Of a stretch of DNA of 64,000 bases, positions 38,251 to 56,204 are shown one piece after another (position 1 is the stretch's first letter; each line of letters opens with the position of its first letter). The notes beneath the pieces were generated by a model. The model was not told the origin of the DNA and did no database searches. It saw only the letters and a program-made list of their open reading frames with translations. The DNA is from the human T2T-CHM13v2.0 reference genome, Homo sapiens, in assembly GCF_009914755.1 (NCBI RefSeq), contig NC_060932.1; one strand, given 5' to 3'. A program made the position numbers and the translations under genes.

Positions 38251-40995
38251 GAAATGAGATACATCTAAGTTTCAATTTAGTTCCCAGCAACAGAACATCA
38301 TATATCTCCCAAATTAATATTTTCATAAATGCTATTATTTGTCTTATTCCCTTTCTGTGTGTAGTTACTTTTCTAGTAATTGAAATGTACATAAACTAGT
38401 TTACAGAAAGGAATTTCAATGCCAACCATAAGTAAGTAGCTTACATTGAACTAACCTCTTAAGAGAAAAGACAAAATACAAGCAGCAAATATTTGAAAGC
38501 AGTGGAAAGAAACCACCACAGGATAAGTGGGAGAGGCTGCAATCCCTCTAATTTCAGAAGGCGAGCTCTACATTTACCCTGGCTTTTTCCCTAAGGAAAG
38601 TTTTTGATACTTAATGTAGAGAAATTAGTTATAAAAAGAAGCTTCAGTCTGAGTAAGCTAAGGACAAAGAGATTGGAGTGCAGGGCTGCTAGTTTGACAT
38701 TTGAGAGATAACATCACAGAGAAGAGGAAATTTCAGCAACATGTGCCCCAAAACCTGGGTGCAAGTTCCTCTCAAGGTTTTCACTGATCTGTAAAGTGCT
38801 AATATGCAGGACTACAGTGAGAGAAATGCAGCAGAAAGTGACATTTTAAAGGTTACAGTGCTGGGCAGAAATTTTAGCAGACATATGGTGCTAAGAAGGC
38901 AAAGTTTGAATTCAGAGCCTGAAAAGGTGGAGGTCTTGATCAACTCTGTCAGTTGAAACACAAGAAGGGCCACATTTTAGAAGTAATAGTTATGACATAG
39001 AATTAATGGTTAAAACAGATATTATGAATTTTAAAAGGTATAAAGCCAGCCCTCAGCAGAAAGAAATGGCCTGCCTATGCTCTTTCTGCTTTAAAAATCA
39101 ATCCTCTGTGCTGGAAGATAGCATCTTCCAGAATCTCAACCAAATTTCGGATTCAATATTTGAATGCAATTCAAAATTATATGGCATGCTAAAAAATGTT
39201 CCAAATGACTCACAAACATGAAATAATTGACACTACAAATAAATCCAAAAGGGATTAAGGTAGAGATGCTTTATACAGACATTGCTAGTGTCCACCAGCC
39301 CCTACCTAGTGGATGAATTCTGATGCCTGACCACTTGACTTGTAAATTCTACTACTTGTCCAAGCAGGTTTTCTTCTATTAAATTTCTTTGTATCTCATA
39401 TGTGAAATGAGAAGGATATTCCCTATTTCTCAGAGAGGTAGTTGGAAATCAATGAAATGTTTTAGAATACTGAAATATATTGCAACTCCCTATGTTAGTT
39501 TCTGGCACATAATATGATTTCAACAAATTCATGTTTGTTTGCTTTGCTTTGGTTTTCTTTCTTTCCTAAAATATAAGAGTTCTAGGTTAGGAGTAATTGG
39601 TTTCCCAATGTGAAGTAAATGCTCTCATAAAGACGTTTTTACTCTTTTTTTCAATAAAAAGCTTTCCTCTGTATTATGTCAACTACTTTGCAGTGGCCAC
39701 TCACTCACTTTTCCATCTTTTGTACTTCCTACATGAACTAAATAAGTTAACAAATAAGAATTCATCTGAGGCCAACTATCTTCAGAAATAATGCCATGAA
39801 AATCCTCCAATGTTAACTGAACATCATTCTCAATTCACATTCAAAACTGATTAGTGTGTTTGTTCTGCCTATCTGAACAAACAAATACAAAACCAACTTT
39901 AAAATCGCTCAGATGAAAGACAAAATTAAATAGTGTTGGAAAAGAGTGTCAATATTCCCATCAAGTATGGTTTTGAGACAGAGCCAGCCAAATGCACATG
40001 CATAAAGTCACTTGCATAAAATTCACAAATATTTATATCTAATGCAAAAAGAACACACAGGATTTAAACATAGAAAAAAGCAAAATAAAAGAAAACATAA
40101 AATGAATTAATGTTCCATATTTTGGGGCATTGAGGGGCATTTTTTGTATAAATTGATAATTCCAATAACCTATGTTCAGTACAACTAACTCTCTCATCAT
40201 AAACATTTCAGAGTTTTTTTATTTCCATAAGTTTAGATAATAAATTTTGTACATTATACATAGTCTAAACTGCTTCACAAATTAATACTCATTATTGTTC
40301 TTCAAAGCAATATTTTGCTTTTCTACTTACATACCAGCCTACATCTTGAACCTCCTATATTCAACTTGAGTATCATCACCTCTGTGAAGTGTTTTCTGAT
40401 TACCCTCTGTCTATCCCTTCTTCCTTCATATTCACACTGTACTCATAACTTTCTTTTGTCATTGCCTTGTATTGGTTTTCTATATTAGAATAGACTGTCA
40501 CCTTTCAAGAGAGCCATATTCTGAGATCTTTAAGTTTCCCCAAGTATACAAATACAGTATGTTTGAACAAGATCTACTCTTTCTTCCAAGTCAGATTTTT
40601 GTAAAATAATGAGTTTTTCTGTGTCTACTTTCATCTGGTGAACACTTGTTATTTCACCTCCCAGTACAAGTTTACCTTTCACTCTCTGAACATTTTCAAA
40701 CATAAGTATTTCTGTTTCTCCATGATCTTTTATGTATATATAAGGGTAGGAAGAACATAACAGAGACAGGTGAAGTATTAATGTCTATGGTTAGGATGAT
40801 TGCTTAAGTCAGTGAGTTGGTCCATCAAATAAACTTTACTATTTTTAAAATTTAAATAGGGGCTTCCTTAATCATATAAATTGCCCTGTGTCATTAACCA
40901 ACAAGTTTGCTTGTGATTAGATAACATAGTAACTAAATCCATCAGTTCCAAAGTTCTACTCTACTTTTCACACTCTAGAAAATTTACCTTACTTC

Positions 40996-45176
<4,181 letters not shown>

Positions 45177-46104
45177 AGAAAATTTACATTACTTCTCTCT
45201 ACAGTCTTTTCAGCTCTTAGATGGTAAGGGCTTATCTGAGAAACTGTATGGCTTGCTATCCCAATCTGTACCAAATTAAAAGGTAAGTTTGGCCCAAATA
45301 CAGTATTATTGTATATATTTTGCATGGTTAAAATTACATTGATAAAGCACAAAATCTTAAGTAAACCACTTGATGAAATTTTACACATATAAGCACCCTT
45401 ATAAACTGACATCCAGATGAACATACAGGTCTTTCCCATCATGCCATTCTCTCTGTCCCCTAGTTGCACATTGTATAGACTTTTTGATGTTGTCTCATTT
45501 CTCTTATCTGTTTAAAAATTTTTGTTCCTTAAATGGTTCTGCTTAGACATTTTCTATTGTGTAACATTGTTTTTACTAATTTTCCACCCTCTTTGTTTAG
45601 TCTCTTGATAATTACATCCAATAATTTCACATTGGATTATTTATGGAATACTTACTTTATTGTTTTTTATAGATTTTAATCATCTGTTGAAATTCCCCAT
45701 AATTTTATCTTTCTTTTTAGTGCTCTTCCTTTCAGCAGCTTCTTTTTTCTGGAGGACCTGCTAGAATCACACTCTTATCATGTGCCTGGATTGCAAAATC
45801 AGCCAAGCATCTGGCATAATTTTTTACACCAAACCATGGTGCTGTTTAACTGCATCTTTCTTTACTTTCATATCACAGCCTCCTTAGCAACTCAAATTCT
45901 GATTCCTGCTTTTCCTTCACCTAATGCTGGCATTTAGTGCTTAAGCTCTACATCCCTCTGTTGCAGTTCTGAAGATGTCTTGAAAAGGCTGAAGGAGAGA
46001 CTGCTGTCTTACCTAAGCTTCCCTTTTCTCAAATATGCAAGTTTCCTATTGGTTGCTGTCCAATGCCTGTAACCTCATTTTATAGCTTTCATATAGTAAT
46101 TTGG

Positions 46105-47030
46105 CCAGTTTTTTAAAATGGAATCATGCATTATGTATGTTTGTGTTTGCCTTCACTTCTTATTTATTGTGTGTTAAATGTTGTATATTTATTCATTCCA
46201 CTTTCTGAATACACCACTTTTGCCACTATTGGTATTAACATTTTTTTTCTAATTTTATCTCTCTGGCATGATATAATTTGCATTTAGATTTTGTTCGCAT
46301 TTTCCTGAATATTAATGGGATTGATGTATTTTCGTTTGTTTACTAGACATTTGCGTATTTTTTTCTGGGATGCTTATTGAAGTCTCTTGCTTACTTTTCT
46401 ATTGCATTCCCTTCTTACAGATTTGTAATAGATCTTCATATATACTGAATACTTTGTGCTTTTGTATTTTGCATATATGTTCTTACACTCAAAAATTTAA
46501 TAGTTTGTCTTAATAAACAGAATTACTTAATTTTAATGTAGTCCATTTTGTTTCAATGTAGACCATTTTATCAGGGTCTTTACAGATAATTACAACTTTT
46601 TGAATCCCACATAAGAAATGTTTTCTTACCTCAACATAATCAAAGTATTCTCCTATATACTCTTACATAAAGTTTACTGTTCTGTTGTTTAGATTTATCC
46701 TAACAGTCCACCTGCAATAAATTTTATATACACATTAAAAGGAGGTAAAGTTTCATTTTTATCACCAATTTGTTCCAAATAACATCTTTATCCACTATGA
46801 TGTAGTGAAACCTTTATAATATATATAAGCTATCTGAAATTGTTTCAGACATTATTTGTCTCTATTTAGATAATACTATACTCCGTTAATTACATAAGAT
46901 GCAAAGGCTACATTAACAAATTATAAGAAAAACCCCTACATTATATTATTTTGCTTTTCCATCAAGGGTGTTTTAAAAATTATTAGTTGTTTTATTTTTC
47001 ACATAAATTTTGGAATTAGCTTGTCTCCCT
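46105..47030 (-). mobile_element. Ancient L1ME fragment
   Basis: AAATGGAATCATGCATTATGT...GCATTTTCCTGA...TTAATTTTAATGTAGTCC...TTTGGAATTAGCTTGTC. Confidence 0.6.
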
Positions 47031-47044
47031 TTATTTTAAAAAAA

Positions 47045-48455
47045 TAGACTGCTATATAATAAAAGCAAGAGACTTCAACACACAGTTTTTAGCAATAGAA
47101 ATATCACCCAGAAAGAAAATCAACAAAGAAACATCAGATTCAAACTGCACTGTAGACCAAATGTACTTAATAGACATTTAGAGAAAATTCCATCAAATAC
47201 TACAGAACACACATTTTTCTGGATCAGTCTCTCAGAAATAGGTCATGAATAACCACAACACAAGTCTTAAATGTATAATTGAAACAATTTTAAGAAATAA
47301 TATCAAGCATCTTTTCTGATTACAATGATTTCAAACTAGAAATAATAACAAAATAAAGTTTAGAAACTTCACAAATACCTTGAAATGAGGCAACATGCTC
47401 CTGAATAACTAATAGGTTAATAAATTTTTTTTAAAGTTAAGAAATTTATTGAGACAAATAAAAATAGAAATAAAACCTGCCAAAAACGATGGACACAGCT
47501 AAAGTGGTTCTAAGAGGAAAGCATATAACAATAAATGCCTACATTAAAAAAAAAAAAATCTCAAAAAAGCAACTTAACATTGCATCACAAGAAACAAACA
47601 ACAACAACAAAAAAACAAGAACAAACGAAACTTAAAATTAGAAGAAAAAATAGTAAAGATCAGAGAAAAATACATGAAATAGAGACTAAAAAGACATAAA
47701 AGCATCAATAACACATGGGCTTTTTAAAACAAAAAAGGATAAACTTTGTAAACATTTAGCTAGGCTAAGAGAAAAAAGAGAAAATATTCAAGTAAATAAA
47801 ATACCATTTCATATTTATGAAGATGGCAGTAATAAGAAGAAGAAGAAAAACATTAGCATGGATGTGGAGGAATTGTAACACTTGTGCATTGCTAGTGGGA
47901 ATGTAACATTTTGTACCATTATAGAAAACAGTCTGATGGTTGTTCAAATAGTTAAACATAAAATTACCATATAGTCCATCAATTCCTCTCCTAGGTGTGT
48001 ACATAAAGAATTGCAAGCATGGAATTGAACAGATACTTGTATGTCAATATTTATTGCAGATTATTTACAATGGCCAAAAGGTTAGATGCAATCCAACAGA
48101 TGGATGGATGAACAAAATGTGGTATATACATGCAGTGGAATATTATTTGGCCTGACACATGCCATAACATGGATGAATGTTGAGGACACAAAGGGACAAA
48201 TATTCTATGATTCCACTTATGTGAGCTGCCTTGACCAGGCACATCCATAGAGACAGGGAATAAATGATTAAAGGGTAACGAGTGTTAAGAAGTCATATTT
48301 CCTAATGTTTAAAGAGTTTCTAAGAAAAAAATTGTAAATAAATAATGGTGATTCTTCACCACATTATGGATGTAAGTAATGCCTCTTAATTGTACACTAA
48401 AATTGGTTACAATGGTAAGTTTAATGTTACGCATATTTTACCTCAATATTTTTTT
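47045..48455 (+). mobile_element. L1M ORF2 5' fragment (to about 47800) joined to an L1MB-like 3' end
   Basis: GAGACTTCAACAC...AGAAAATCAACAAAGAAACA...ACCAAATG endonuclease region, then GGATGTGGAGGAATTG...AAATTACCATAT...ATGATTCCACTTAT 3' region. Confidence 0.75.
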
Positions 48456-48674
48456 AAATGTTCCCTATGATATATGATTATATTTGATATCAAACAGCCC
48501 ATTTTTTTCTAGAGCCACTAGAGAGTGACTTCACACTAACACTATGTCCTTATGCTTAACGTAAATTTTGTGGTTTGGATAGTTGAATTTTCACTTCACG
48601 TATCCAGACCTTGCCATTCTCAAATAATGGTTAAGTTCCAGGTCTTCGGTGAAGATTTTTCTTCATCTGCTAAA

Positions 48675-48848
48675 CTTTTTTTTTTTTTTTGATAGAGATG
48701 TGGATTTCTATTGTTCAAGCTGGAGAGCAGTGGCTACTCACAGTGTGATCATCGTGCACTATAGCCTTGAACTCCTGGGCTCAAGCCTTTCTCCTGCCTC
48801 AGCCATACACGCAGCTAGAGTTGCTGATGTGCACCACCGTGCCCTGCT
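48675..48848 (-). mobile_element. FAM (fossil Alu monomer)
   Basis: Contains the 7SL-derived GCAGTGGCTACTCACAGTGTGATCAT segment retained in FAM but absent from dimeric Alu; poly(T). Confidence 0.82.
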
Positions 48849-48999
48849 TCTTTTTGTTTTTTTAAAATAATTTATCAATCCTAATTTCAAAATCTAGCCC
48901 TAAATTATGCCTTTTATTATTTCATATTTCCTCTCCAACAATATCTATGATGTTTGATTTATACTATAAAAGCTAATGTTAGTAGGAATATAAGTAGTA

Positions 49000-49195
49000 G
49001 TAGAAGTAATAGTACTTGTAAAATTATTTGTGTATTTATCACATCACAGGCACTTTCTACACAGTATTTCTGACCTCACACTTCCCATTTCTCAGGTAAG
49101 GCAATGAGGCTCATGTATATTTGCAACTTAACCCGAGTTACTTGGCTACAAAATGACTGACCTAAGGTTTGAAATCAAATCTGTCTGCTCTTTCA
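49000..49195 (-). mobile_element. MIR fragment
   Basis: CCCATTTCTCAGGTAAGGCAATGAGGCTCA...AACTTAACCCGAGTTAC...TTTGAAATCAAATCTGTCTG. Confidence 0.65.
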
Positions 49196-49303
49196 GTTTG
49201 TTTAATATTATAGCCTCTAGAAAATGTTTTGAATATGGTAATCTCAGAGACTAAGTACTCATTAATGTTTGTTAATTGATTGATCTCATTTAAATGCTAT
49301 TTT

Positions 49304-49556
<253 letters not shown>

Positions 49557-49737
49557 TGCTATTGTGTTTTCCAATTTAAAATTGCCAGGAGTTATTCTAA
49601 ATTATGTCATATAATTACTCCTTAAAAATATTGTCTTTAAATAAAATAAAACTACCTGTTTTCCTGTTATTCATATAATATTAATAATTTCCCTTTGTCT
49701 TTTGACCAAATAAAATCCTCGATTTTTCAAATATACT

Positions 49738-49905
49738 TTCTTCAGCTTTATGGGGTAGCATTGGCAAATAAAAATTGTATATATTTAAAGTGTATAATGC
49801 AGTGATTGTGAAATGATTATCAGAAGCTAATTAATATATTCATCATCTCACATTTACCGGTTTCTGTGGTTGAGAACACTTAAGATCTACTCTCTTAACA
49901 AATTT
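49738..49905 (-). mobile_element. L1MA 3' terminus
   Basis: TTGGCAAATAAAAATTGTATATATTTAAAG...GAGAACACTTAAGATCTACTCTCTTA. Confidence 0.75.
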
Positions 49906-50799
49906 GTTTTGAGATAAAATTACACATTGGTTATTTGGAACATATTAAAACTTATATCAATAATTATACTTTTTAGTGTATATGATTAGTGCTGTCAATG
50001 ATTGCTGAATGGAAAGTTTGTTACATAGAGGAATTTCTTGTTTCATTAAGCACATGAGAAAGCTATTTGCCATTTCCTCTAATATCACGTATTTTCTTAT
50101 TTAGTCTTTGATGCTCTTCCCACTGCTATGTAATTCTGCATAAAATAGAGATCTTATGTAAGAAATGGAGGTCTCAGTAAAGTCTATTGGTAAAATGAGA
50201 GCCTTAACTAAATAATTGTTGGTCAAATGTTCTCTGATTATTTGATGTTATTGAATGGCAAATATCTCAATAATCCTGAGATTTCTCTTATCATTATAAT
50301 TTGCTTATCTTACTTTTCTTATGAAATAGAAAACTGTCATTTTTCCATTTCATTGAACTGCTTAGCCAAGAAAAGTAAGCTAAATGAAATAAGTTCATGT
50401 ACACAGTGCACCAATATTTATATGACATTATAACTTTTTTGAGTTGTTAATGCTATTACAAACTGAAATTTATATCAAACATATTTTTTGAAATCATGCA
50501 GTATATTCAAAGTTCCTTTTACTTAATTATAAATGAATTTAATTTAAACTCTAATAGTCTTCAGTAAATGATTTATTACAGTGTCTAATGTACAATCTTT
50601 TCAATAGTATAATTATTTTCCAGTTCATTGCTGCCATTTCAAAATTACATAAAAGCTTGGTTCATTTAAAATATTTTCTTGTTGCTAATGATTCGTTGTC
50701 ATTCTTCCTACATATACCAAATAGTTAATAAAATTTTATTTATCACTACAGCATTTTTCCTAAAAAGATTTTATGAATTTCAGTTCACTGCATTAATCA

Positions 50800-51325
50800 T
50801 TTTTGTAAAAAGAAATCATTTTTAATTGATCATATTTTATAATATATTCAAAAAGAACAAAGGTAGAGAGATGCATTAGTCCGTTTTCATGATGCTGATA
50901 AAGACATGCCCAAGACTGAGCAAGTCATAAAAGAAAGAGTTTTAACTGTACTCACAGTTCTATGTGGCTGGGGAGGCCTCACAATCAGGGCAGAAGGCAA
51001 GGAGGAGCAAGTCATATCTTACATAGATGGCGTCAGGCAAAGAGAGCTTATGCGGGGAAACCCCCCCTTACAATACTGTCAGATCTTGTACGATTTATTT
51101 GCTATCATCAGAACAGCATGAGAAAGACCCGCCCCATAATTCAGTCATCTCCCACTGGGTCCCTCCCACAACACACGGGAATTATGGGAGCTACAAGATG
51201 AGGTTCCGATGGGCACACGGAACCAAATCATATCATTCTGCCCCATCACATTGTTTTTGTAAAAAGAAATATCTTTTAATAGATCATATTTCATAGTATC
51301 TACATAAAGAACAAAGGTAGAGAGA
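50800..51325. repeat. 72-bp direct duplication flanking THE1 (50800-50871 and 51254-51325)
   Basis: Ungapped alignment by eye, 63/72 identical. Confidence 0.9.
50872..51244 (-). mobile_element. THE1B/C LTR (50872-51235) plus 9-nt PPT/internal stub
   Basis: TGCATTAGTCCGTTTTCATGATGCTGATAAAGAC...CCAAATCATATCA followed by TTCTGCCCC (reverse complement GGGGCAGAA). Confidence 0.92.
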
Positions 51326-51592
51326 TGATAGAGAGACAAATGGAGACAAAGAGAAAGAGAGGTTGAAATTAAGTATCTATTATATGCCAGGCATTGCTCT
51401 AGGTACCTTGAATGTAGAAGTGGAGAGAACACACAGATTCTGCCTTTATGGAGCTTAATTCTAGCAGATTAAAAAATCAAAGGACTTTTATTAATTCCCA
51501 TATCCTTAAAAGTCCCCAGGCTTAGTGATAGTAAATTATTATGCCATTTTAATAAAAGGAGCTAGAGGTTGTCTTTCCTTTACAACTCTTAA

Positions 51593-53125
51593 CGAGAGGT
51601 GACAGTGTGCTGGCAGCCCTCGCAGCCCTCGCTCGCTCTCAGTGTCCACTCCGGCGGTGCTTGAGGAGCCCTTCAGCCCCCTGCTACACTGTGGGAGCCC
51701 CTTTCTGCACTGTCCGAGGCCAGAGCCAGCTCCCTCAGCTTGCGGGGACTTGTGGAGGGAGAGGCACGGGCGGGAACTGGGGCTGCGCGGGTTGCTTGTG
51801 GGCCAGTGCAAGTTCCGGGTGGGCATGCGCTCGGCTGGCCCCGCTGGCCCCGGGCAGTGAGGGGCTTAGCACCCAGGCCAGCAGCTGCGGAGAGGCGCCA
51901 GGTCCCCCCAGCAGTGCCGGCCCACCAGCACTGCGTTCGATTTCTCAGGGGGCCTCAGCTGCCTCCCTGCGGGGCAGGGCTTGGGACCTGCAGCCTGCCA
52001 TGTGTGAGCCTCCCCCCACTGCCCTAGGCTCCTGTGCAGCAGGAGCCTCCCCGACGAGCACCGCCCCCTGCTCCATGGCACCCGGTCCCATCGACTGTGG
52101 AACGGCTAAGGAGCGTGGGCACAAGGCATGGGACTGGCAGGCAGCTTTGCCTGCGGCCCCGTGTGGGATCCACTAGGTGAAGCCAGCTGGGCTCCTGCGT
52201 CTAGTGGGGACTTGGATGAACCTTTATGTCTAGCTAAGGGATTGTAAATACACCAATCAGCACTCTGTATCTAGCTCAAGGTTTGTAAACACACCAATCA
52301 GCACCCTGCGTCTAGCTCAGGGTTTGTGGATGTGCCAATTGGCACTCTGTATCTAGCTAATCTGGTGGGAACTTGGAGAATCTTTATGTGTAGATAAGGG
52401 ATTGTGAATACACCTATTGGCACTCTGTATCTAGCTCAAGGTTTGTAAATGCACCAATCAGCACTCTGTATCTAGCTCAGGGCTTGTAAATACACCAATC
52501 AGCACTCTGTATCTACCTAATTTAGTGGGGACCTGGAGAACTTTGGTGTCTAGCTCAGGGATTGTAAATGCACCAATCAGCACCCTGTCAAAACGGACCA
52601 ATCAGCTCTCTGTAAAACAGACCAATCAGCTCTCTGTAAAATGGACCAATCAGCAGGATGTGGGTGGGGCCAGATAAGAGAATAAAAGCATGCTGCCTCA
52701 GCCAGCAGTGGCAACCCCCTCAGGTCTCCTTCATGGTATGGAAGCCTTGTTCTTTCACACTTTGCACTAAATCTTGCTGCTATTCACCATTTGGGTCCGC
52801 ACTGCTTTTATGAGCTGTAACACTCATGGTGAAGGTCTGCAGCTTCTCTCCTGAGGTCCGCGAGACCACGAACCTACCGAGAGGAACGAACAACTCCAGA
52901 CTTGCTGCCTTAAGAGCTGTAACACTTATCATGAAGGTCTGCAGCTTCACTCCTGAAGCCAGCAAGACCACGAAACCACCAGAAGAAAGAAACTCCAAAC
53001 ATGTCAGAACATCAGAAGGAACAAACTCCGGACACATCACTTTTAAAAACTGTAACACTCACCAGGAGGGTCCGTGGCTTCATTCTTGAAGTAATTAGAC
53101 CAAGAGCCCATCAATTCTGGACATG
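51593..53125 (+). mobile_element. Full-length LTR12C-like (HERV9) solo LTR
   Basis: GAGAGGTGACAGTGTGCTGGCAGCCCTC start, GC-rich U3, tandem CACCAATCAGCAC repeats, GAAGGTCTGCAGCTTC repeats, perfect TTAA TSD (51589-51592 and 53126-53129). Confidence 0.95.
52225..52690 (+). promoter_or_regulatory. LTR12 U3 enhancer/promoter: CCAAT (NF-Y) array, GT/GC box, GATAAG and AATAAAA
   Basis: About 9 CCAAT motifs in roughly 40-bp repeats; GGGTGGGGCCAGATAAGAGAATAAAA. Activity of this copy is unknown. Confidence 0.6.
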
Positions 53126-54029
53126 TTAACATATATTAAATCAGTCTTCAGATTTTTACGGATCATTAGTACTTTTTGTTTTGCTTTTCAGTGGAAACTT
53201 AATTCCTTATAGGTCGTGTAAGACAATTTTATGTTGTATTTTACTCCATTTAGCAAAATTACCTCATATTAAATCCAATCTGTATGAGACTCACAGAAGT
53301 TATTTTATGATTAAAATTCCTGACACCTGTCTTAAACTGTAGCTGGGAGAAGTATGTATTATGCGTACATATATAGGCATACAACATGGGCAAGAATATA
53401 ATTAATATTTCTAAACACGTACACACTTTTACTTTAGGTATTTAAAGCAATATCAGACCATAGTAACACCCACAGAAATCATGAAGAATTACAACTACAA
53501 AGTGATTATGATGCAACGTATGATAGATGACTTCCTAAGACATTTCATGGTTGAGATAATTGACCTGTTGGACGTACCAAATATTCATTTCTCTTTGTTC
53601 TTGTAAGTTCCCTTCATGAATTTTGTTTTAATTAAAATATCAGAAAATAATACATCTAATTTAGCTTCCTGCAAAGATTTCTTTACTAAATTTCAATTTA
53701 TTCATAGGCATTCATCTTTAATAGAAAACCAATATGAGAATTTTAGATTGAAAAATGTGTCTCTGAGCCTATTGCACATCTGTTGTTGAAGACATTAGCA
53801 TTTAGATAAAACTCCAGATAATAAATTCCACTTTCAATTGTGACTGAAAAAAGTTTGTCAACTCAGATAAACATATTTAGTTTCTTTCATTAGACTGGGA
53901 AAACTTATAATGAAACATAATTCAATTTAAGCCTTAGTTGCTAGGAACTGCAGCACGAACTCCTTGTTTAAACAATAGTAAATCATCAAAATTCAGCAAA
54001 CAGTTTTATCTGTCTTTTTCCTTTTACTG

Positions 54030-55705
54030 TTTTATTTTGCTTATTTTTGCTTTATAAAAAATAAATTTCAATTAAGTATAAGTGACTTACAATAAACTGC
54101 AAATTCAGAATTTAATAAATTTATATATAATTCATATATATATATAAACATCACCACAATCAAAATAAGGAACATATTAATCACCCCAAATAAGTTTTCT
54201 TGTGCCTACTTGTCATCCTTCTCTTTCTTCTACTGCTGGCACCACAACATCTATTTCATCCACAGGCAACCACTATTCTCCTTGATTTCTACATAAATCA
54301 CTTTGCGTTTTCTACAATTTAATATTAATAGAATAATACAGTATACAGTCTTTTTTGTTTGGATTTGTTCATTCTAAATAATGACTTTAAGATTCAACCA
54401 TGTTGTAGTATACCAACAATTAATTTTTTATTGTGTGAATAAGATTACACCGTATAAATATACCATAACTGTTTATGCATCAACCTGTAAATGAATATTT
54501 AGTTTGTTCCAGTTTTGTGATATTACAGAAAGAGCTGCTATGGACATTCATATAAAAAATGTTTGTATGGATATACGGTTTTGTTTCTCTTGGTTTGATA
54601 CCTAGTAGAGATATAACTGTTTCATATGGCTTTTTGTTTAACTTTTAAAAAATCGGTTGAATAGGTGTTCAAAATGATTCTACCACTTTACATCCTCCCC
54701 AGAAGTTTATGAGAATTCCAGTTTCACATCCTCATGAGCACTTGGTTTGTTTGGTCTTTAATTTTAATCATCCTAATAGGTATGTAATGGCGTTACACTG
54801 AGGTTTTATTTTCTAATTCCTTAATGGCTAATTGAGTATCCTCTTATGTTCATATATACCACCCATATATCTTATTTGGTGCAGAGCCTGTTCAAATACT
54901 TTTCACATATATTAAATGTGTCATTTGTATTGCTATTACAGTAGTCCCCACGTATCCTTGAGCGACACAAAAGCAATAGAAATGACACATATCAAGACCC
55001 TCGTTGGATGCCTAAAATATTGGATAGTACCAAACCATATATATACAATGTTTTTTCTATATATATACATACCTATGATAAAGTTTAATTTATAAATTAG
55101 GCCCAGTAAGATATTAACAAAAAATTAATAAAAAAGAATTATAACAGTAGACTGTCACAAAGATTATGTGAATGTGGTCTCTCTGTATCTGTCTCTCTGT
55201 CTTTCTATTGTATTGCACCATACTCACCCTTCTTCTGGGGAACTGTTGATCTGATAACTCAGACAGCTAATAAGTGTCTCATAGGCAGGTTATGTATACA
55301 GCATGAATATGCCAGATGAAACAATGATTCACGCCCCAGCTGGGACAGAGCAAGATGGCTCAAGGATTCACCATGCTACTCAGAATGGCACACAATTTAA
55401 AATTTATGTATTGTTTATTTCTGGAATTTTCCATTTAATATTTTTGGACCAAGGGTAAATACAGGTAAATGAAATCAGAAAGTGAAACCAAGGATAAGGG
55501 GGTGGGGGAACTACAGTATTTAATTTTGAGTTATTTATATGGTGTGGATACAATCCCTTCAGCAGACACAGTACTTGCAAATATGTTGACTCACTCTGTG
55601 GCTTGTCTTTTCATTGGCTTAACAGTGTCTTTTAAAGAGCAGAAGTTTCAGATTATAATAAAGTCTGATTTATAATTGTATTACTTTACTAATTAAAGCT
55701 TGGGG
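54030..55705 (-). mobile_element. L1MC/MD-like 3' fragment interrupted by MER44
   Basis: CACCACAATCAAAATAAGGAACAT...CAGGCAACCACT...GAGCTGCTATGGACATTC; resumes after 55518. Confidence 0.75.
54939..55516 (-). mobile_element. MER44 (Tigger7-derived MITE)
   Basis: TA-CAGTAGTCCCC...GGATAAGGGGG...ACTACAG-TA termini; CCTATGATAAAGTTTAATTTATAAATTAGG; TTGTTTATTTCTGGAATTTTCCATTTAATATTT. Confidence 0.9.
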
Positions 55706-56204
55706 TTGGATAGATTTAAATATTATGAGGCTATTCAGTGATGACTAAAGATGTTTTATATCTTAGTTCAAATCAACTAAGCAAATATGTATTAATAATT
55801 TACATGGTAATCTCATCTCTGTAAAGGTTTCCAGGGTGACCAGGTGAACACATATTAATTTAAAAAAATAAAAAAATAACCAAAAAAGAAGACAGATCAA
55901 ATATGATTTTTTTAAAGAAAACGAAAAACAGTCACTGATGGATTGTGCCTTGATAAGGTTGGAGGATTTAGGACTTGAGTCTCTAATTTGTACCTTAGTA
56001 GGTCTTTCTTTTCAATTCTATATGAATTTAGCAGCTAGCTTTCAGTTTTGATTATCCAGTATGCAGTTTATCTATAAAGTCTTATTTCCACTGTCAAAAA
56101 AGCTCTCTAATTTTGCTAAGCATATTACATAAATTAATACATCTAGCTACACGGAGGCAAACCTGATTTGGATGACCTTTATAAATACTGAATAATATGA
56201 TAAG

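Noticed and set aside
38400-39270. Possible ancient L1 5' region
   Set aside because: Similarity is too weak by eye to assign a family or boundaries.
51539-52176. 189-aa ORF and CpG-island-like region
   Set aside because: This is the GC-rich U3 of LTR12, not a gene or a genic CpG island.
52200-52660. Regular repeats with variable intervening sequence, superficially CRISPR-like
   Set aside because: These are the known LTR12 U3 CCAAT tandem repeats; the intervening parts are homologous to each other and there are no cas genes.
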